DNA of 64,000 nt from Pseudomonadota bacterium (GCA_028382005.1 JAOESH010000001.1:36798-100797), one strand, 5' to 3'; counted from the first letter of the stretch, positions 41,118 to 51,436 are shown. Notes: generated by a model from the sequence alone, not told the origin. Numbers and translations: made by a program.

Positions 41118-42335
41118 ATGTTGTTTGCTATAATTTTTGTCATTAGTTTTCTTTTAGTATTATATATTTATAACAATATAAATCAAAAAAAATATTCACA
41201 GAACCAAAGGCTAAAGTTGAAATCACCCAAGTTGTCATTGGGTATTAGTTCCTTATTTATTATTTGTATAAGTTCTATTATCTACTATAAAATTGGAAGT
41301 CCATTTATAGATATGAACAAATTGAATTCCTCAAAATTAAAATTAATCGAAAGTAAAAATCAGAAAGATGTAGTTTTCAACCAAGATCTTAAAAAGTTAA
41401 ATGAACTACTCTTAAAATCTAAAGTAGATCCTTCTAATCTTAATGTTCTTTTAAATCTAGCGTCTACTGCATCAAGGCTAAATAAAAATGATTTAGAAAT
41501 ATCTAGTTTGAATAAAATATTATCTATAAAAAACACACCCAAATTAAAGTCTTTATTAGCACAAGCTATAGTAAGAAAAGCAGATGGTCAGGTAACATCA
41601 AAAGCACAAAAGCTCATAAATGAAGCATTAATTGGAAACCCATTAGATCCTGGTGCGAATTTTTTGTATGGGTTAGCAGAATCACAAATTGGAAACGAAG
41701 AAGAAGCTTTAAAAATATGGTTTAAATTATACAAAATTACTAAAGATAGTGATACATGGAAAGATGATCTAGAAACAAACATTAGATCGGCAGCTAAAAA
41801 TTTAGGTATTAGCAATAAAGTTTTACAAGACAAATTTAAAACTAGTTTAGATTTTAAAAATTCTATTACACAAAATATATTAAATCTAAATGAAGAAACA
41901 CAAAAAATAAAGATCAATCAAATGGTTGATCAACTTGCTAAACGTTTAACAAAGTCTGAAAAAGACTTAAACGGATGGATAAAACTATATAGATCATACA
42001 AAGTATTAAATGACAAAGAAAAAGCTATTAATGCAATAAAAGTAGCCGTTGAAATCAGTCCCGATGAAGTGTCTTTAAAACAGATGCTATTGAAAGAACT
42101 TTTACCCACTTCTGTCAAACCCAATTTTACATCAGAGGTTAAAAATCTCATTAATGAAATTTTAATTTACGATTCTAACAACATAGATGCTCTTTTTTTT
42201 CAAGGCCTAAATGCTTTTACTGAAGGAAACAAAAAAATAGCTGCTAAGTCTTGGGGAAAACTCTTGTCTCAACTCCCCAAAGATTCACCTATGAAGTTAG
42301 AACTTTTAAAAAAACTTAAGTCCATAAAAGATTAA
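41118..42335 (+). CDS. ccmI: TPR-containing apocytochrome chaperone CcmI/CycH
   Basis: Two N-terminal TMs, YYKIGSP, TPR-like helices, INQMVDQLAKRL..DLNGW.KL.RSY.VL; last gene of the ccm operon. Confidence 0.8.
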   Translation: MLFAIIFVISFLLVLYIYNNINQKKYSQNQRLKLKSPKLSLGISSLFIICISSIIYYKIGSPFIDMNKLNSSKLKLIESKNQKDVVFNQDLKKLNELLLKSKVDPSNLNVLLNLASTASRLNKNDLEISSLNKILSIKNTPKLKSLLAQAIVRKADGQVTSKAQKLINEALIGNPLDPGANFLYGLAESQIGNEEEALKIWFKLYKITKDSDTWKDDLETNIRSAAKNLGISNKVLQDKFKTSLDFKNSITQNILNLNEETQKIKINQMVDQLAKRLTKSEKDLNGWIKLYRSYKVLNDKEKAINAIKVAVEISPDEVSLKQMLLKELLPTSVKPNFTSEVKNLINEILIYDSNNIDALFFQGLNAFTEGNKKIAAKSWGKLLSQLPKDSPMKLELLKKLKSIKD

Positions 42336-42893
42336 CTAATCTTTTTTAATCTGATATTTTTGCATTATGGGTAAAGAAAGCAAACCAAAACCAAGAGACA
42401 ATACTGGTATTCCAAAAGCTTTAAAAGAAACCCATTGATCAGTTGTTAAATTTCTCCAGGCTATTTCATTTGCAATAGCCATAATTATAAACATACCAAC
42501 CCATAACCATGTTAATTTATTCCACCCTTCTGGATTTAGACTCACCGCAGATTTCATAATAGCAGCAAGAGGGTTTTTTCCTAAAATCTTTCCAGATGCA
42601 AGAACTCCAGCTATAATTATTGAAACAATTGTTGGTTTTATTTTAATAAAGAAATCATCATCAAAAAAGATTGTTAATCCTCCAAAAAATACAACAGCTA
42701 CACATCCAGCAGCTGCCATCATCGGAATGTTTTTGAACCAATACCATGAAAGAGCAAGTGAAAATAACGTACTTACTACTAAAACAGTTGTACCTGCCAT
42801 TATTCCATAAAAGTAGTTTACACCAAAAAATAATAATAAGGGACCCATTTCTAAAATAGATCTGTAACCCTCTTTTTTATTAACTTCTGCCAA
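42336..42893 (-). CDS. ispZ: Inner membrane protein YciB / intracellular septation protein A
   Basis: EMGPLLLFF, FGGLT...FIKIKPT, W.KLT..W, WVSFKAFG; TTG start with GGAG RBS. Confidence 0.9.
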   Translation of the reverse strand: MAEVNKKEGYRSILEMGPLLLFFGVNYFYGIMAGTTVLVVSTLFSLALSWYWFKNIPMMAAAGCVAVVFFGGLTIFFDDDFFIKIKPTIVSIIIAGVLASGKILGKNPLAAIMKSAVSLNPEGWNKLTWLWVGMFIIMAIANEIAWRNLTTDQWVSFKAFGIPVLSLGFGLLSLPIMQKYQIKKD

Positions 42894-42903
42894 CTTGAGT
42901 CTC

Positions 42904-43908
42904 CTAAGCTAAATTTAAATTCTGTCTATGTATTACATCTTCTATATTGTCTGTTGCAAGCCTTAAAATATCGCCGTTTTTTGAAAACCTTGCATTCTCA
43001 CTTAAAATCCTTCTCCATTCTTTAGCACCAGGTAAAGAATTATAAAGTCCTAACATATGTCTGGTTACAGCATGTACATTAGATACCTCTTTTTTCATAT
43101 AATTATCTATGTAATTAGCCATTTCCATTGCTATTTCGTATCTTGAACTTTGTTTTATATTTTTACTGAAAACGTCTCTGTCTACGGTTGATAATATATA
43201 AGGGTTTTTATATGCTTCTCTTCCAATCATAAAACCATCTAAGTTATGATTAAGAATTAATTGATTTCCTTGTTCAATTGATTCAATACCACCATTAATT
43301 ATAATTTTTAAATCTGGTCTTCTTTTTTTTAAAGAGGCCACCCTGGGATAATTTAGTGGCGGTACCTCTCTATTTTGTTTAGGACTTAGGCCATTTAGTA
43401 AAGCTTTTCTAGCATGGATAATAAACAATTTAGTTCCAATTTCTGAAACTTGATCAACAAAGTTGTCTAATCCTTTAATGTCATCCATATCGTCTATACC
43501 TATTCTACATTTTATAGTAACTGGTATTTGACAATTTTCTTGAATAACCCTAACACACTCAGAAACTAATTTTGGACTTTCCATTAAGCAAGCTCCAAAT
43601 GAACCATTCTGGACCCTATTTGATGGACAACCAATATTTAGGTTAATCTCTGAATATCCAATATCTTGACCATACTTTGCTGCTTTAGATAATTTATTAG
43701 GGTTATTTCCTCCTAATTGAAGAACACAAGGTAATTCTTCTTTATTAAAGCTTAGTAATTTTTCTCTTGGTCCATATATTAAGGCATCAGCGGTAATCAT
43801 TTCTGTATAAAGAACAGCATGACTGGATATCAACCTATGAAAATATCTACAATGACTGTCAGTCCAGTCCATCATAGGGGCTACTGAAAATTTATCATCA
43901 AAAACCAA
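42904..43908 (-). CDS. dusA: tRNA-dihydrouridine(20/20a) synthase
   Basis: SVAPMMDWTD, NLNIGCPS.RVQ.G.FGACLM, HARKA.L.GLSPKQNR. Confidence 0.94.
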   Translation of the reverse strand: MVFDDKFSVAPMMDWTDSHCRYFHRLISSHAVLYTEMITADALIYGPREKLLSFNKEELPCVLQLGGNNPNKLSKAAKYGQDIGYSEINLNIGCPSNRVQNGSFGACLMESPKLVSECVRVIQENCQIPVTIKCRIGIDDMDDIKGLDNFVDQVSEIGTKLFIIHARKALLNGLSPKQNREVPPLNYPRVASLKKRRPDLKIIINGGIESIEQGNQLILNHNLDGFMIGREAYKNPYILSTVDRDVFSKNIKQSSRYEIAMEMANYIDNYMKKEVSNVHAVTRHMLGLYNSLPGAKEWRRILSENARFSKNGDILRLATDNIEDVIHRQNLNLA

Positions 43909-44042
43909 AGATATTCTCTCTTCGTAATTTTAGTAATTAGTCGACTATTAATTATAATATTTATTAAGTTAAATAAACAGTAATAAAAAAATCTAAAAAG
44001 TTATTCTCTTATCTTTTTAATAATTTAATCTTTAATTTTTAA

Positions 44043-45341
44043 TTATGTTTGAGATTTCGCTATAGCCTTTGTTAAATCAATAATTATATCATCTATATGC
44101 TCTATTCCTATAGATAGCCTTACATAATCTTCAGAAACACCAGTTTTAAACTGCTCTTCCGCTGACAACTGACTATGAGTAGTTGTTGCAGGATGAATCG
44201 CTAAACTTCTTGTGTCACCTATATTGGCCACATGATAAAATAATTCTAAAGCATCAATAAAGTTTTTTCCTGCCTTTAACCCACCTGAAAGCTCAAAACC
44301 AACTAACCCACCATATCCTCCTTGAAGGTGCTTGTCTGCTGACATTTTAGAACTTCCACTTTGCAATTCTGGATAAATTACTTTTTTTACTGATTTATGT
44401 TTTTTTAAAAAATTCGCAACTTTTGATGCATTATCGCAGTGCGTTTTCATTCGTAAACTAAGCGTTTCAAGTCCCTGTAATATTAGAAATGCATTAAATG
44501 GACTTAAAGCACCTCCAAGATCTCGTAATAAAGTTACCCTTGCTTTAATAATATAAGCTATTGGACCTAAAGGTTTCACAGCATTAACCCACACTGCTCC
44601 ATTATAAGAAGGATCTGGAGTGTTTAATGCAGGTTGTCTATCTTTACCAGCGCCTTCCCAATCAAAATTTCCACCATCTACAATTATTCCTCCAACAGAA
44701 TTTCCATGGCCACCTATGTATTTAGTCAAAGAATACACAACTATAGCTGCACCGTACTCTATCGGTTTACAGATAATTGGTGCTGCTGTGTTATCAACAA
44801 TAAGGGGTATTCCATATTTTTTACCAATAGCGCTAACCTCTGAGATAGGAAAGACTTTCAATTTGGGATTTGGTAAAGTTTCAGCATAATAAGCTCTAGT
44901 TCTATCATCAGTCGCTTCTTTAAAAGCAGATGGATTTGAAGGATCTACAAACCTGACTTCAATTCCCATATCTTTTAATGTATTAGAAAACAAATTCCAT
45001 GTCCCACCATACAAGTCTGTAGAACTAACAATATTATCACCTGCTTTTGCAAGATTCTGAATTGCAAATGCTGATGCAGTTTGACCTGAAGATACAGCTA
45101 AAGCTGCAACACCACCTTCTAAAGAAGCAATTCTTTTTTCTAAAATATCATTAGTTGGGTTCATAATTCTTGTATAAATATTACCTAACTCAGATAAAGA
45201 GAATAAGTTTGCCGCTTGATCTGTATTTTTAAATTGATAACTTGTTGTTTGGTGAATTGGAACCGCAACAGATCCTGTTATTTCATCTGATCTCCAGCCT
45301 GCATGCAAAGCTATGGTTTCTGGGTTTGTAGAGTGTGTCAT
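44043..45341 (-). CDS. metY: O-acetylhomoserine sulfhydrylase/aminocarboxypropyltransferase
   Basis: GNIYTRIMNPT, DNT, SLTKYIGGHG (PLP Lys), ANIGD.RSLAIHPATTTHSQL. Confidence 0.9.
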   Translation of the reverse strand: MTHSTNPETIALHAGWRSDEITGSVAVPIHQTTSYQFKNTDQAANLFSLSELGNIYTRIMNPTNDILEKRIASLEGGVAALAVSSGQTASAFAIQNLAKAGDNIVSSTDLYGGTWNLFSNTLKDMGIEVRFVDPSNPSAFKEATDDRTRAYYAETLPNPKLKVFPISEVSAIGKKYGIPLIVDNTAAPIICKPIEYGAAIVVYSLTKYIGGHGNSVGGIIVDGGNFDWEGAGKDRQPALNTPDPSYNGAVWVNAVKPLGPIAYIIKARVTLLRDLGGALSPFNAFLILQGLETLSLRMKTHCDNASKVANFLKKHKSVKKVIYPELQSGSSKMSADKHLQGGYGGLVGFELSGGLKAGKNFIDALELFYHVANIGDTRSLAIHPATTTHSQLSAEEQFKTGVSEDYVRLSIGIEHIDDIIIDLTKAIAKSQT

Positions 45342-45508
45342 ATATTACTCCTAAATTTAAAAATATTAATTTAGAAAATATTTCTTAATAATCAATATAA
45401 ATGTTTTTTATTTTTTAATTTTTTTTATTTTTTTTAAAAAATAAGAATATTTATCTAAAATTTAAATTTATTAAGAAAAAAGTTCTTTTAATTATTTAAA
45501 TAAAATAC

Positions 45509-45994
45509 TCAATGGTGATGATGTTTTTTAGTTTTATTATACTTTTTACTAAGAACAGGCATTTTAATAATTACAGAACTAGAATTTTTAAATCTCAATG
45601 TTACTTTGTACTTATTCATTACTATTAACGGTTTTGTTAATTTCATGAACATGATGTGATAACTTCCAGGCCTAAAAATCACTTTAGAGTTTGCTTTAAT
45701 TAATACACCATCTAAAAGATTTTTCATCATCATGATATCATTTTGAACAACCATGTCGTGTAATTGAATTTTTTTTGATATTTCGGAGGTTAATGATACT
45801 AAACGTTCATCAATATTATTTGTATTCTCAATTGTTAGATAACCTGAAGTCATTGTATGGTTACCAATTGTTGGCTTAATCCAAAAATCTGAAATCAGAA
45901 GGCCATTTACATTTATAGAGTTCGCATAACTTGAGGAAATACAAGTTACAAAAATTAATAAATTTATAAAAAAACTCAGAGGTTTTAAACGCAT
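45509..45994 (-). CDS. Copper chaperone PCu(A)C
   Basis: Signal peptide, QLHDM....IMMM...PGSYHIMF copper motif, C-terminal HHHH. Confidence 0.87.
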   Translation of the reverse strand: MRLKPLSFFINLLIFVTCISSSYANSINVNGLLISDFWIKPTIGNHTMTSGYLTIENTNNIDERLVSLTSEISKKIQLHDMVVQNDIMMMKNLLDGVLIKANSKVIFRPGSYHIMFMKLTKPLIVMNKYKVTLRFKNSSSVIIKMPVLSKKYNKTKKHHHH

Positions 45995-46083
45995 AGGGAA
46001 TTTACATCCTTTTTTTATTAAATTATGGTATAAATTTGTATAAATATAATGTCAAATTGAAGAATAGGTATTAGTAAAAAAAA

Positions 46084-47586
46084 ATGCAATTAGCTAAAAA
46101 CCCAATTACAAAAATCCTTATTGAAAAATTAAAACATAAAAATTTTAATAATATAAACCAATACCTTTCTAATAAAGAAAGGTTAAATGAGTTTCAATTC
46201 AACCTTGGTGAACTTAATGTAGATATTACTAGGCAATCATTAGATAAAGAAATCAAAGATGACCTAATAATGCTGGCTAAAAAATCAAATATAAAAGAAA
46301 AAATAAAATTAATGGTTACTGGTTCAAAAGTAAACATCTCAGAAAATAGATCTGTCGATCATTTTAACCTTCGTCAAATCGATAGATTTACTACACCTGA
46401 ATGGGAAAAACTAATTAACTTTTCAAATAATATTTTAGCAACAAATAAATATGAATATATAGTTAACGTTGGTATTGGGGGATCATACTTAGGCCCAATG
46501 ATGACTAATGAAGCATTAAAAGATTTTCATGAAGGCCCTAAAATTTTTTATGTTTCAGATATTGATCCTACAAACATGAGCGATATTTTAAAAAAATGTA
46601 ACCCTTTAAAAACTCTTTTTATAATAACTTCTAAAAGTTTTGGTACATTAGAAACTTTACAAAATGCTAAAGTAGCTAGAGATTGGTTGTCCGGTGCAAG
46701 TAAATCAATAAATGACTCAATGGTAGCGGTAACGTCTTCTAAAGATAAAGCAATCAAATGGGGCTTTAACGATCAAAGCATTTTCAATATTTCTGAAAAT
46801 ATTGGGGGTAGATATTCATTATGGTCTTCAGTGGCAATGCCAATCATTTTAAGTATTGGAGAGTCTAATTTTAAAGGTCTCTTGCATGGCGCAAGAACAA
46901 TGGATGAACATTTCATTAATGAAGATATAGAAAATAACATTCCAATTATGTTAGCATTATTAAGAGTTTGGAACAGAAACTTTCTTAACCGCAATAGTCA
47001 TTGTATTGTTCCATACAGCCATAGACTTGCAAAACTTCCTTCATGGGCCCAACAACTAGAGATGGAAAGTAATGGGAAAGGCGTTGATATTGACGGAGAG
47101 GAATTAATAATGGCTGCAAGTCCTTTAATTTGGGGTGAAGTTGGAACTACTGCTCAGCATAGTTTTTTTCAATTTTTACATCAGGGTTTAGACATTATAC
47201 CTATGGATATTTTACTCCCACTTAAAAGCTCTAATAAACAAAGCTCAGAAGAAGTAAATGAAAATCACAGATATTTGATATCAAATGCGTTGGCTCAAGC
47301 TGACACTCTTGCTAAAGGTAGTACGAACCTAATCAATAAAAATAAAAATTTTTTTGGTGGAAGACCTTCAACAATTATAAGTTGGAAAAAAAACACACCT
47401 TTTTCCATTGGTAAATTAATAGCTCTCTACGAAAATATTACTATAGCATCAGGTTTTATATGGAATATTAATAGCTTTGATCAATGGGGAGTTGAACTAG
47501 GTAAAAAATTAGCCTTGAAAATAGAAAATAATGAAGCAAATACAGAACTTACGCCAGCTTCAAAAATCTTATTAAAACAATATTGA
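46084..47586 (+). CDS. pgi: Glucose-6-phosphate isomerase
   Basis: GIGGS.LGP, SKSF.T.ET, GGRYSLWS, QQLEMESNGK, QHSFFQ, FDQWGVELGK. Confidence 0.95.
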   Translation: MQLAKNPITKILIEKLKHKNFNNINQYLSNKERLNEFQFNLGELNVDITRQSLDKEIKDDLIMLAKKSNIKEKIKLMVTGSKVNISENRSVDHFNLRQIDRFTTPEWEKLINFSNNILATNKYEYIVNVGIGGSYLGPMMTNEALKDFHEGPKIFYVSDIDPTNMSDILKKCNPLKTLFIITSKSFGTLETLQNAKVARDWLSGASKSINDSMVAVTSSKDKAIKWGFNDQSIFNISENIGGRYSLWSSVAMPIILSIGESNFKGLLHGARTMDEHFINEDIENNIPIMLALLRVWNRNFLNRNSHCIVPYSHRLAKLPSWAQQLEMESNGKGVDIDGEELIMAASPLIWGEVGTTAQHSFFQFLHQGLDIIPMDILLPLKSSNKQSSEEVNENHRYLISNALAQADTLAKGSTNLINKNKNFFGGRPSTIISWKKNTPFSIGKLIALYENITIASGFIWNINSFDQWGVELGKKLALKIENNEANTELTPASKILLKQY

Positions 47587-48402
47587 AATCAACATTTTTG
47601 TAGATGTAATTATTAGGAAAACCCCAAAGATAATCTTCAACATTCTTTGATTTATCAGATGAGCAATTTTTACACCAATTGGAGCAAAAAAAACAGTTAG
47701 TGGAAACATTATAAAAAATGCTATTAAATTTATGTAGCCTATGCTTAATGGGGGCTTGTTAGGAACATCAAAGCCTGAAAAAGCCAATCCAATAGTAGCT
47801 GGTATAGATATACATAAACCAAGCGCAGCTGCTGTTCCGATAGCCTTGTGTATAGGAATAGATAATGATATTAAAGAAGGAACCCCTATAGTCCCTGCCC
47901 CTACTCCCATCAAAGATGACACAAAACCTATGGTCAAAGATATAAAACTATTTATAATTTTTGATTTTGGGAATTTATTACTGAATTTAAGTGGATTTTT
48001 GATAAACATATTAAATGCAACAATAAAAGCAACAATAGCAAATACATATTTTAGCTCATTGGCAGTAAAAAACTTTCCTGAAACCCCGCCTAAAAGAGCT
48101 CCTAAAAATATTCCAAATCCCCATTTTTTTATTACATCAATATCTATTGACCCTTTTCTATAATGTGCTCTAGATGATGCAATCGAAGTAGGAATGATTG
48201 TTGCTAAAGATGAGCCAATAGCCATATGCATTAATATTTCATCAGGAAACTGCAGGGAAGTATATATCCAAAATAAAATTGGAACAATCACAATACCACC
48301 GCCTACACCAAACAAGCCAGCTATTAATCCAGCTATAACACCAGTGACGAGTAAGCCAATAAAGTAAATTAAAAAATCTGACATAAAAATTTCATTAAAC
48401 AT
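47572..48402 (-). CDS. TauE/SafE family membrane protein
   Basis: Two repeats: AGLFGVGGG and SSLMGVGAG..VP. Confidence 0.88.
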   Translation of the reverse strand: MFNEIFMSDFLIYFIGLLVTGVIAGLIAGLFGVGGGIVIVPILFWIYTSLQFPDEILMHMAIGSSLATIIPTSIASSRAHYRKGSIDIDVIKKWGFGIFLGALLGGVSGKFFTANELKYVFAIVAFIVAFNMFIKNPLKFSNKFPKSKIINSFISLTIGFVSSLMGVGAGTIGVPSLISLSIPIHKAIGTAAALGLCISIPATIGLAFSGFDVPNKPPLSIGYINLIAFFIMFPLTVFFAPIGVKIAHLINQRMLKIIFGVFLIITSTKMLISILF

Positions 48403-48558
48403 ATTAAAATCTCTTTAAAAAATAATAAGCAATAAGACTGTATATCCCCTTTTATTTTTAAGTCCATTTAATAAATCTTGATAAATATAATTTAATTTGC
48501 ACTTTAAATAATTTAGTTGTTAACATTAAATATAATTCAAAATAGTGAGCTTTTAAAA

Positions 48559-50061
48559 ATGAAAAAAACTATAAGAAATCTTATAAATGATAACAATGAC
48601 AATGATATTGCTATCACCTCTGATGATAATAAACCCATCAACTTTTTGGAATTAAAGGAACATGTATTTAATATTTCTGGACAATTAGCTGGTAATGGAA
48701 TGTTAAAAAAAGATAGAGCAGCAATAGTTCTACCTAATGGTCCAGAGATGGCAACTGCGTTTTTAGCTATATCAAGTTATATGTCTGCTGCTCCTTTAAA
48801 CCCTTCATATAAAATGAGTGAATACGAATTTTACTTAAAAGATCTAAATCCTAAAATTGTTATAGTAGAAAAAAATAGTACTAACCTAGTGGTTGAAGCA
48901 GCTCATAAATTAGGTATAGAAATATGTGAAATTAAAAAAATTGACATAGCACCAGATGGAATTTTTAATTTATATAATTCTTCAAAAAGTTTTCAAATAT
49001 CAGATGAAGACGACGAAGCCCTAGTTCTTCATACTTCGGGAACAACATCTAGGCCTAAAGTTGTCCCTCTTACAAATAAAAATATATATTCATCAGCAGT
49101 TAATATATCAAAAACTTTAAAGTTAACTTCGAGTGATCATTGTTATAATATTATGCCTCTTTTTCATATTCATGGCCTTATAGCAATTCTAAGTTCTTCC
49201 ATGTACGCGGGCTCATCAGTTTATACAAGTGTTGGTTTTAATGCTCTACAGTTTTTAGATAAAGCAAAAAAGGAAAATATAACCTGGTACTCTGGTGTTC
49301 CTACAATGCATCAAGGTATATTAATGCGCGCTAAAAAAAACATGGAGCAGGCTAAGAATTTATCACTGCGGTTTATCAGGTCTTCATCAGCTTCTCTTCC
49401 CCCTGCTGTTTTTGAAAAACTTAACGAAGTTTTTAAAGCACCTGTAATTGAGGCTTATGGTATGACAGAAGCAGCACATCAAATGACATCCAACCCTATT
49501 CCTCCTGAAATTCAAAAAGCCGGTTTTGTTGGCAAACCCGCTGGTCCTGAAGTTTGTATAATGGATAAAGATGGAAATAAACTGGAAAGTGGCTCAGAAG
49601 GTGAAGTTTGTATCCGAGGGGACAATGTAACAAGTGGTTATGAAAATAATAAAGAAGCTAATAATTCATCATTCACTGATGGCTGGTTTAGAACTGGTGA
49701 TCAAGGCTTTTTTGATAAAGATGGTTATCTAAAAATCTCTGGACGATTAAAAGAGATTATTAACCGTGGTGGAGAAAAAGTATCACCACTAGAAATTGAC
49801 AATGTTCTTATGGAACATAAAGCCATTGAGCAAGTTGTAACATTTGGAGTCAAAGACAACTTACTTGGAGAAACAATTGGAGTAGCACTGGTTCTTAAAG
49901 ATGGTTTTCAGTGCACAGAATCAGAATTAAAAGAATATGCACGTCAACAACTTGCAGATTTTAAAATACCAAAATATATTTGTTTTTTAGAAGAAATACC
50001 AAAAGGCGCTACTGGGAAATTACAACGAATTGGATTAGCTGACAAACTAGGTTTGGAGTAG
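48559..50061 (+). CDS. Acyl-CoA synthetase, oxalate--CoA ligase (AAE3/Pcs60/Oxs) subfamily
   Basis: APLNPSY...E.EFYL.DL, LVLHTSGTTSRPKVVPL, MPLFHIHGL, RFIRSSSASL, EAYGMTEAAHQMTSNP, PKGATGKLQR; start set to ATG 48559. Confidence 0.8.
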   Translation: MKKTIRNLINDNNDNDIAITSDDNKPINFLELKEHVFNISGQLAGNGMLKKDRAAIVLPNGPEMATAFLAISSYMSAAPLNPSYKMSEYEFYLKDLNPKIVIVEKNSTNLVVEAAHKLGIEICEIKKIDIAPDGIFNLYNSSKSFQISDEDDEALVLHTSGTTSRPKVVPLTNKNIYSSAVNISKTLKLTSSDHCYNIMPLFHIHGLIAILSSSMYAGSSVYTSVGFNALQFLDKAKKENITWYSGVPTMHQGILMRAKKNMEQAKNLSLRFIRSSSASLPPAVFEKLNEVFKAPVIEAYGMTEAAHQMTSNPIPPEIQKAGFVGKPAGPEVCIMDKDGNKLESGSEGEVCIRGDNVTSGYENNKEANNSSFTDGWFRTGDQGFFDKDGYLKISGRLKEIINRGGEKVSPLEIDNVLMEHKAIEQVVTFGVKDNLLGETIGVALVLKDGFQCTESELKEYARQQLADFKIPKYICFLEEIPKGATGKLQRIGLADKLGLE

Positions 50062-50068
50062 ATTTAAA

Positions 50069-51085
50069 ATGATTAATGTATGTGTTTTTGGTGCAGGGGC
50101 TATCGGTGGATATCTTGGTTGTTGTCTCAGTAAAGCAGGTGCCAATGTTTCGCTAATTGCAAGAGGCCCTCATAAAGATGCTATTGAGAAAAACGGCTTA
50201 ACTCTAATGTCTGAAAAAGGCTCTGAAACATTTCAATTAAAAGTCACAGACAAACCTAATGAATTAAGTACACAAGATTATGTAATAATTGCTGTTAAAG
50301 CCCATGCAATAACTGGTATTGTGACAGATTTAGAACCTCTTTTGAATGAAAATACAGCTGTCGTATCTGCTGTAAATGGGATACCTTGGTGGTATTTTTA
50401 TAAAGCTAATTCAGGCACAAAATTAGAGAACACTCACATAGATTCTGTTGATCCAAATGGACTAATTTGGAACACAATTAATCCAAAACGTGCATTAGGG
50501 TGTGTTGTATATCCAGCTTGCGAAATTGAAGAACCAGGTGTTGTAAGACACATAGAAGGCAACAGAATTAGTCTTGGAGAGCCTGAAGAAGTAAATTCTG
50601 AAAGATTAAAAGTATTATCTGGTTTACTCATAAGCGGAGGTTTAAAAGCTCCTCAGAAGAAAAAATTAAGGGACGAAATTTGGATTAAACTTTGGGGAAA
50701 TTGCTCCTTCAACCCGTTAAGCGCAATAACTGGTGCAAGCTTAGATGTTTTAGGCAATGATCCAAGTTCAAGACTATTAATTCAAACGTTAATGGAAGAA
50801 TGCCAAAAAGTAGGCGAAGCAGTTGGAGCTAAATTTAATGTGTCCATAGAGAACAGAATAAATGGTGCAGCTTCTATTATTGGGCATAAACCGTCTACAA
50901 GACAAGACATTGAATTAAAAAGACCTCTCGAAATTGATCCTATAATGAGTGCCATAGTAGAAATTGGAACTAAACTTAGTATTCCTACTCCTATGTTAAA
51001 ACATGTTAACGGAATACTTAAATTAAAAGCTGGTTATTTAGGGTTATACGCACGAAACGAACTTATAGATAAACTAACAGTCTAA
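50069..51085 (+). CDS. Ketopantoate reductase family protein, PanE2/oxalyl-CoA reductase-like
   Basis: GAGAIGG, NGIPWWYF, GCVVYPA, EIWIKLWGN..FNP; 7 nt downstream of the oxalate-CoA ligase-like gene. Confidence 0.8.
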   Translation: MINVCVFGAGAIGGYLGCCLSKAGANVSLIARGPHKDAIEKNGLTLMSEKGSETFQLKVTDKPNELSTQDYVIIAVKAHAITGIVTDLEPLLNENTAVVSAVNGIPWWYFYKANSGTKLENTHIDSVDPNGLIWNTINPKRALGCVVYPACEIEEPGVVRHIEGNRISLGEPEEVNSERLKVLSGLLISGGLKAPQKKKLRDEIWIKLWGNCSFNPLSAITGASLDVLGNDPSSRLLIQTLMEECQKVGEAVGAKFNVSIENRINGAASIIGHKPSTRQDIELKRPLEIDPIMSAIVEIGTKLSIPTPMLKHVNGILKLKAGYLGLYARNELIDKLTV

Positions 51086-51421
51086 ATTATGAAATGGATT
51101 AAAACCTTTTTTATCTTCAATCTCTACAATCCAACAATCTCTATCTACTGAAATTTCTTTAGTAATCCTCATGTCAATATCCCGGCTTACTATTTTTTTA
51201 TTTGGATATAAGTCTTGAAATTGAACTAAATTTTTGTTTTTATCAAAATCATAAACAAGATTTCTTGAATAAAGTTTGGCATATCCATCTAGAGTATCAA
51301 TTTTAATAAATATTGCACCTGCCTCACTATCTCCTCTTTTTATGACATAAGCATTGGCAAAATTTCTTTCAGCGGCTCTAATACCCGCATTAATTATGAT
51401 TTCTGCTTTTAATTCATTCAT
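51074..51421 (-). CDS. DUF1491 family protein
   Basis: AYVIKRGD.EAGAIFIK, D.DCWIVEIED. Confidence 0.85.
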   Translation of the reverse strand: MNELKAEIIINAGIRAAERNFANAYVIKRGDSEAGAIFIKIDTLDGYAKLYSRNLVYDFDKNKNLVQFQDLYPNKKIVSRDIDMRITKEISVDRDCWIVEIEDKKGFNPFHNLDC

Positions 51422-51436
51422 TTTTAAAAAATTTGG

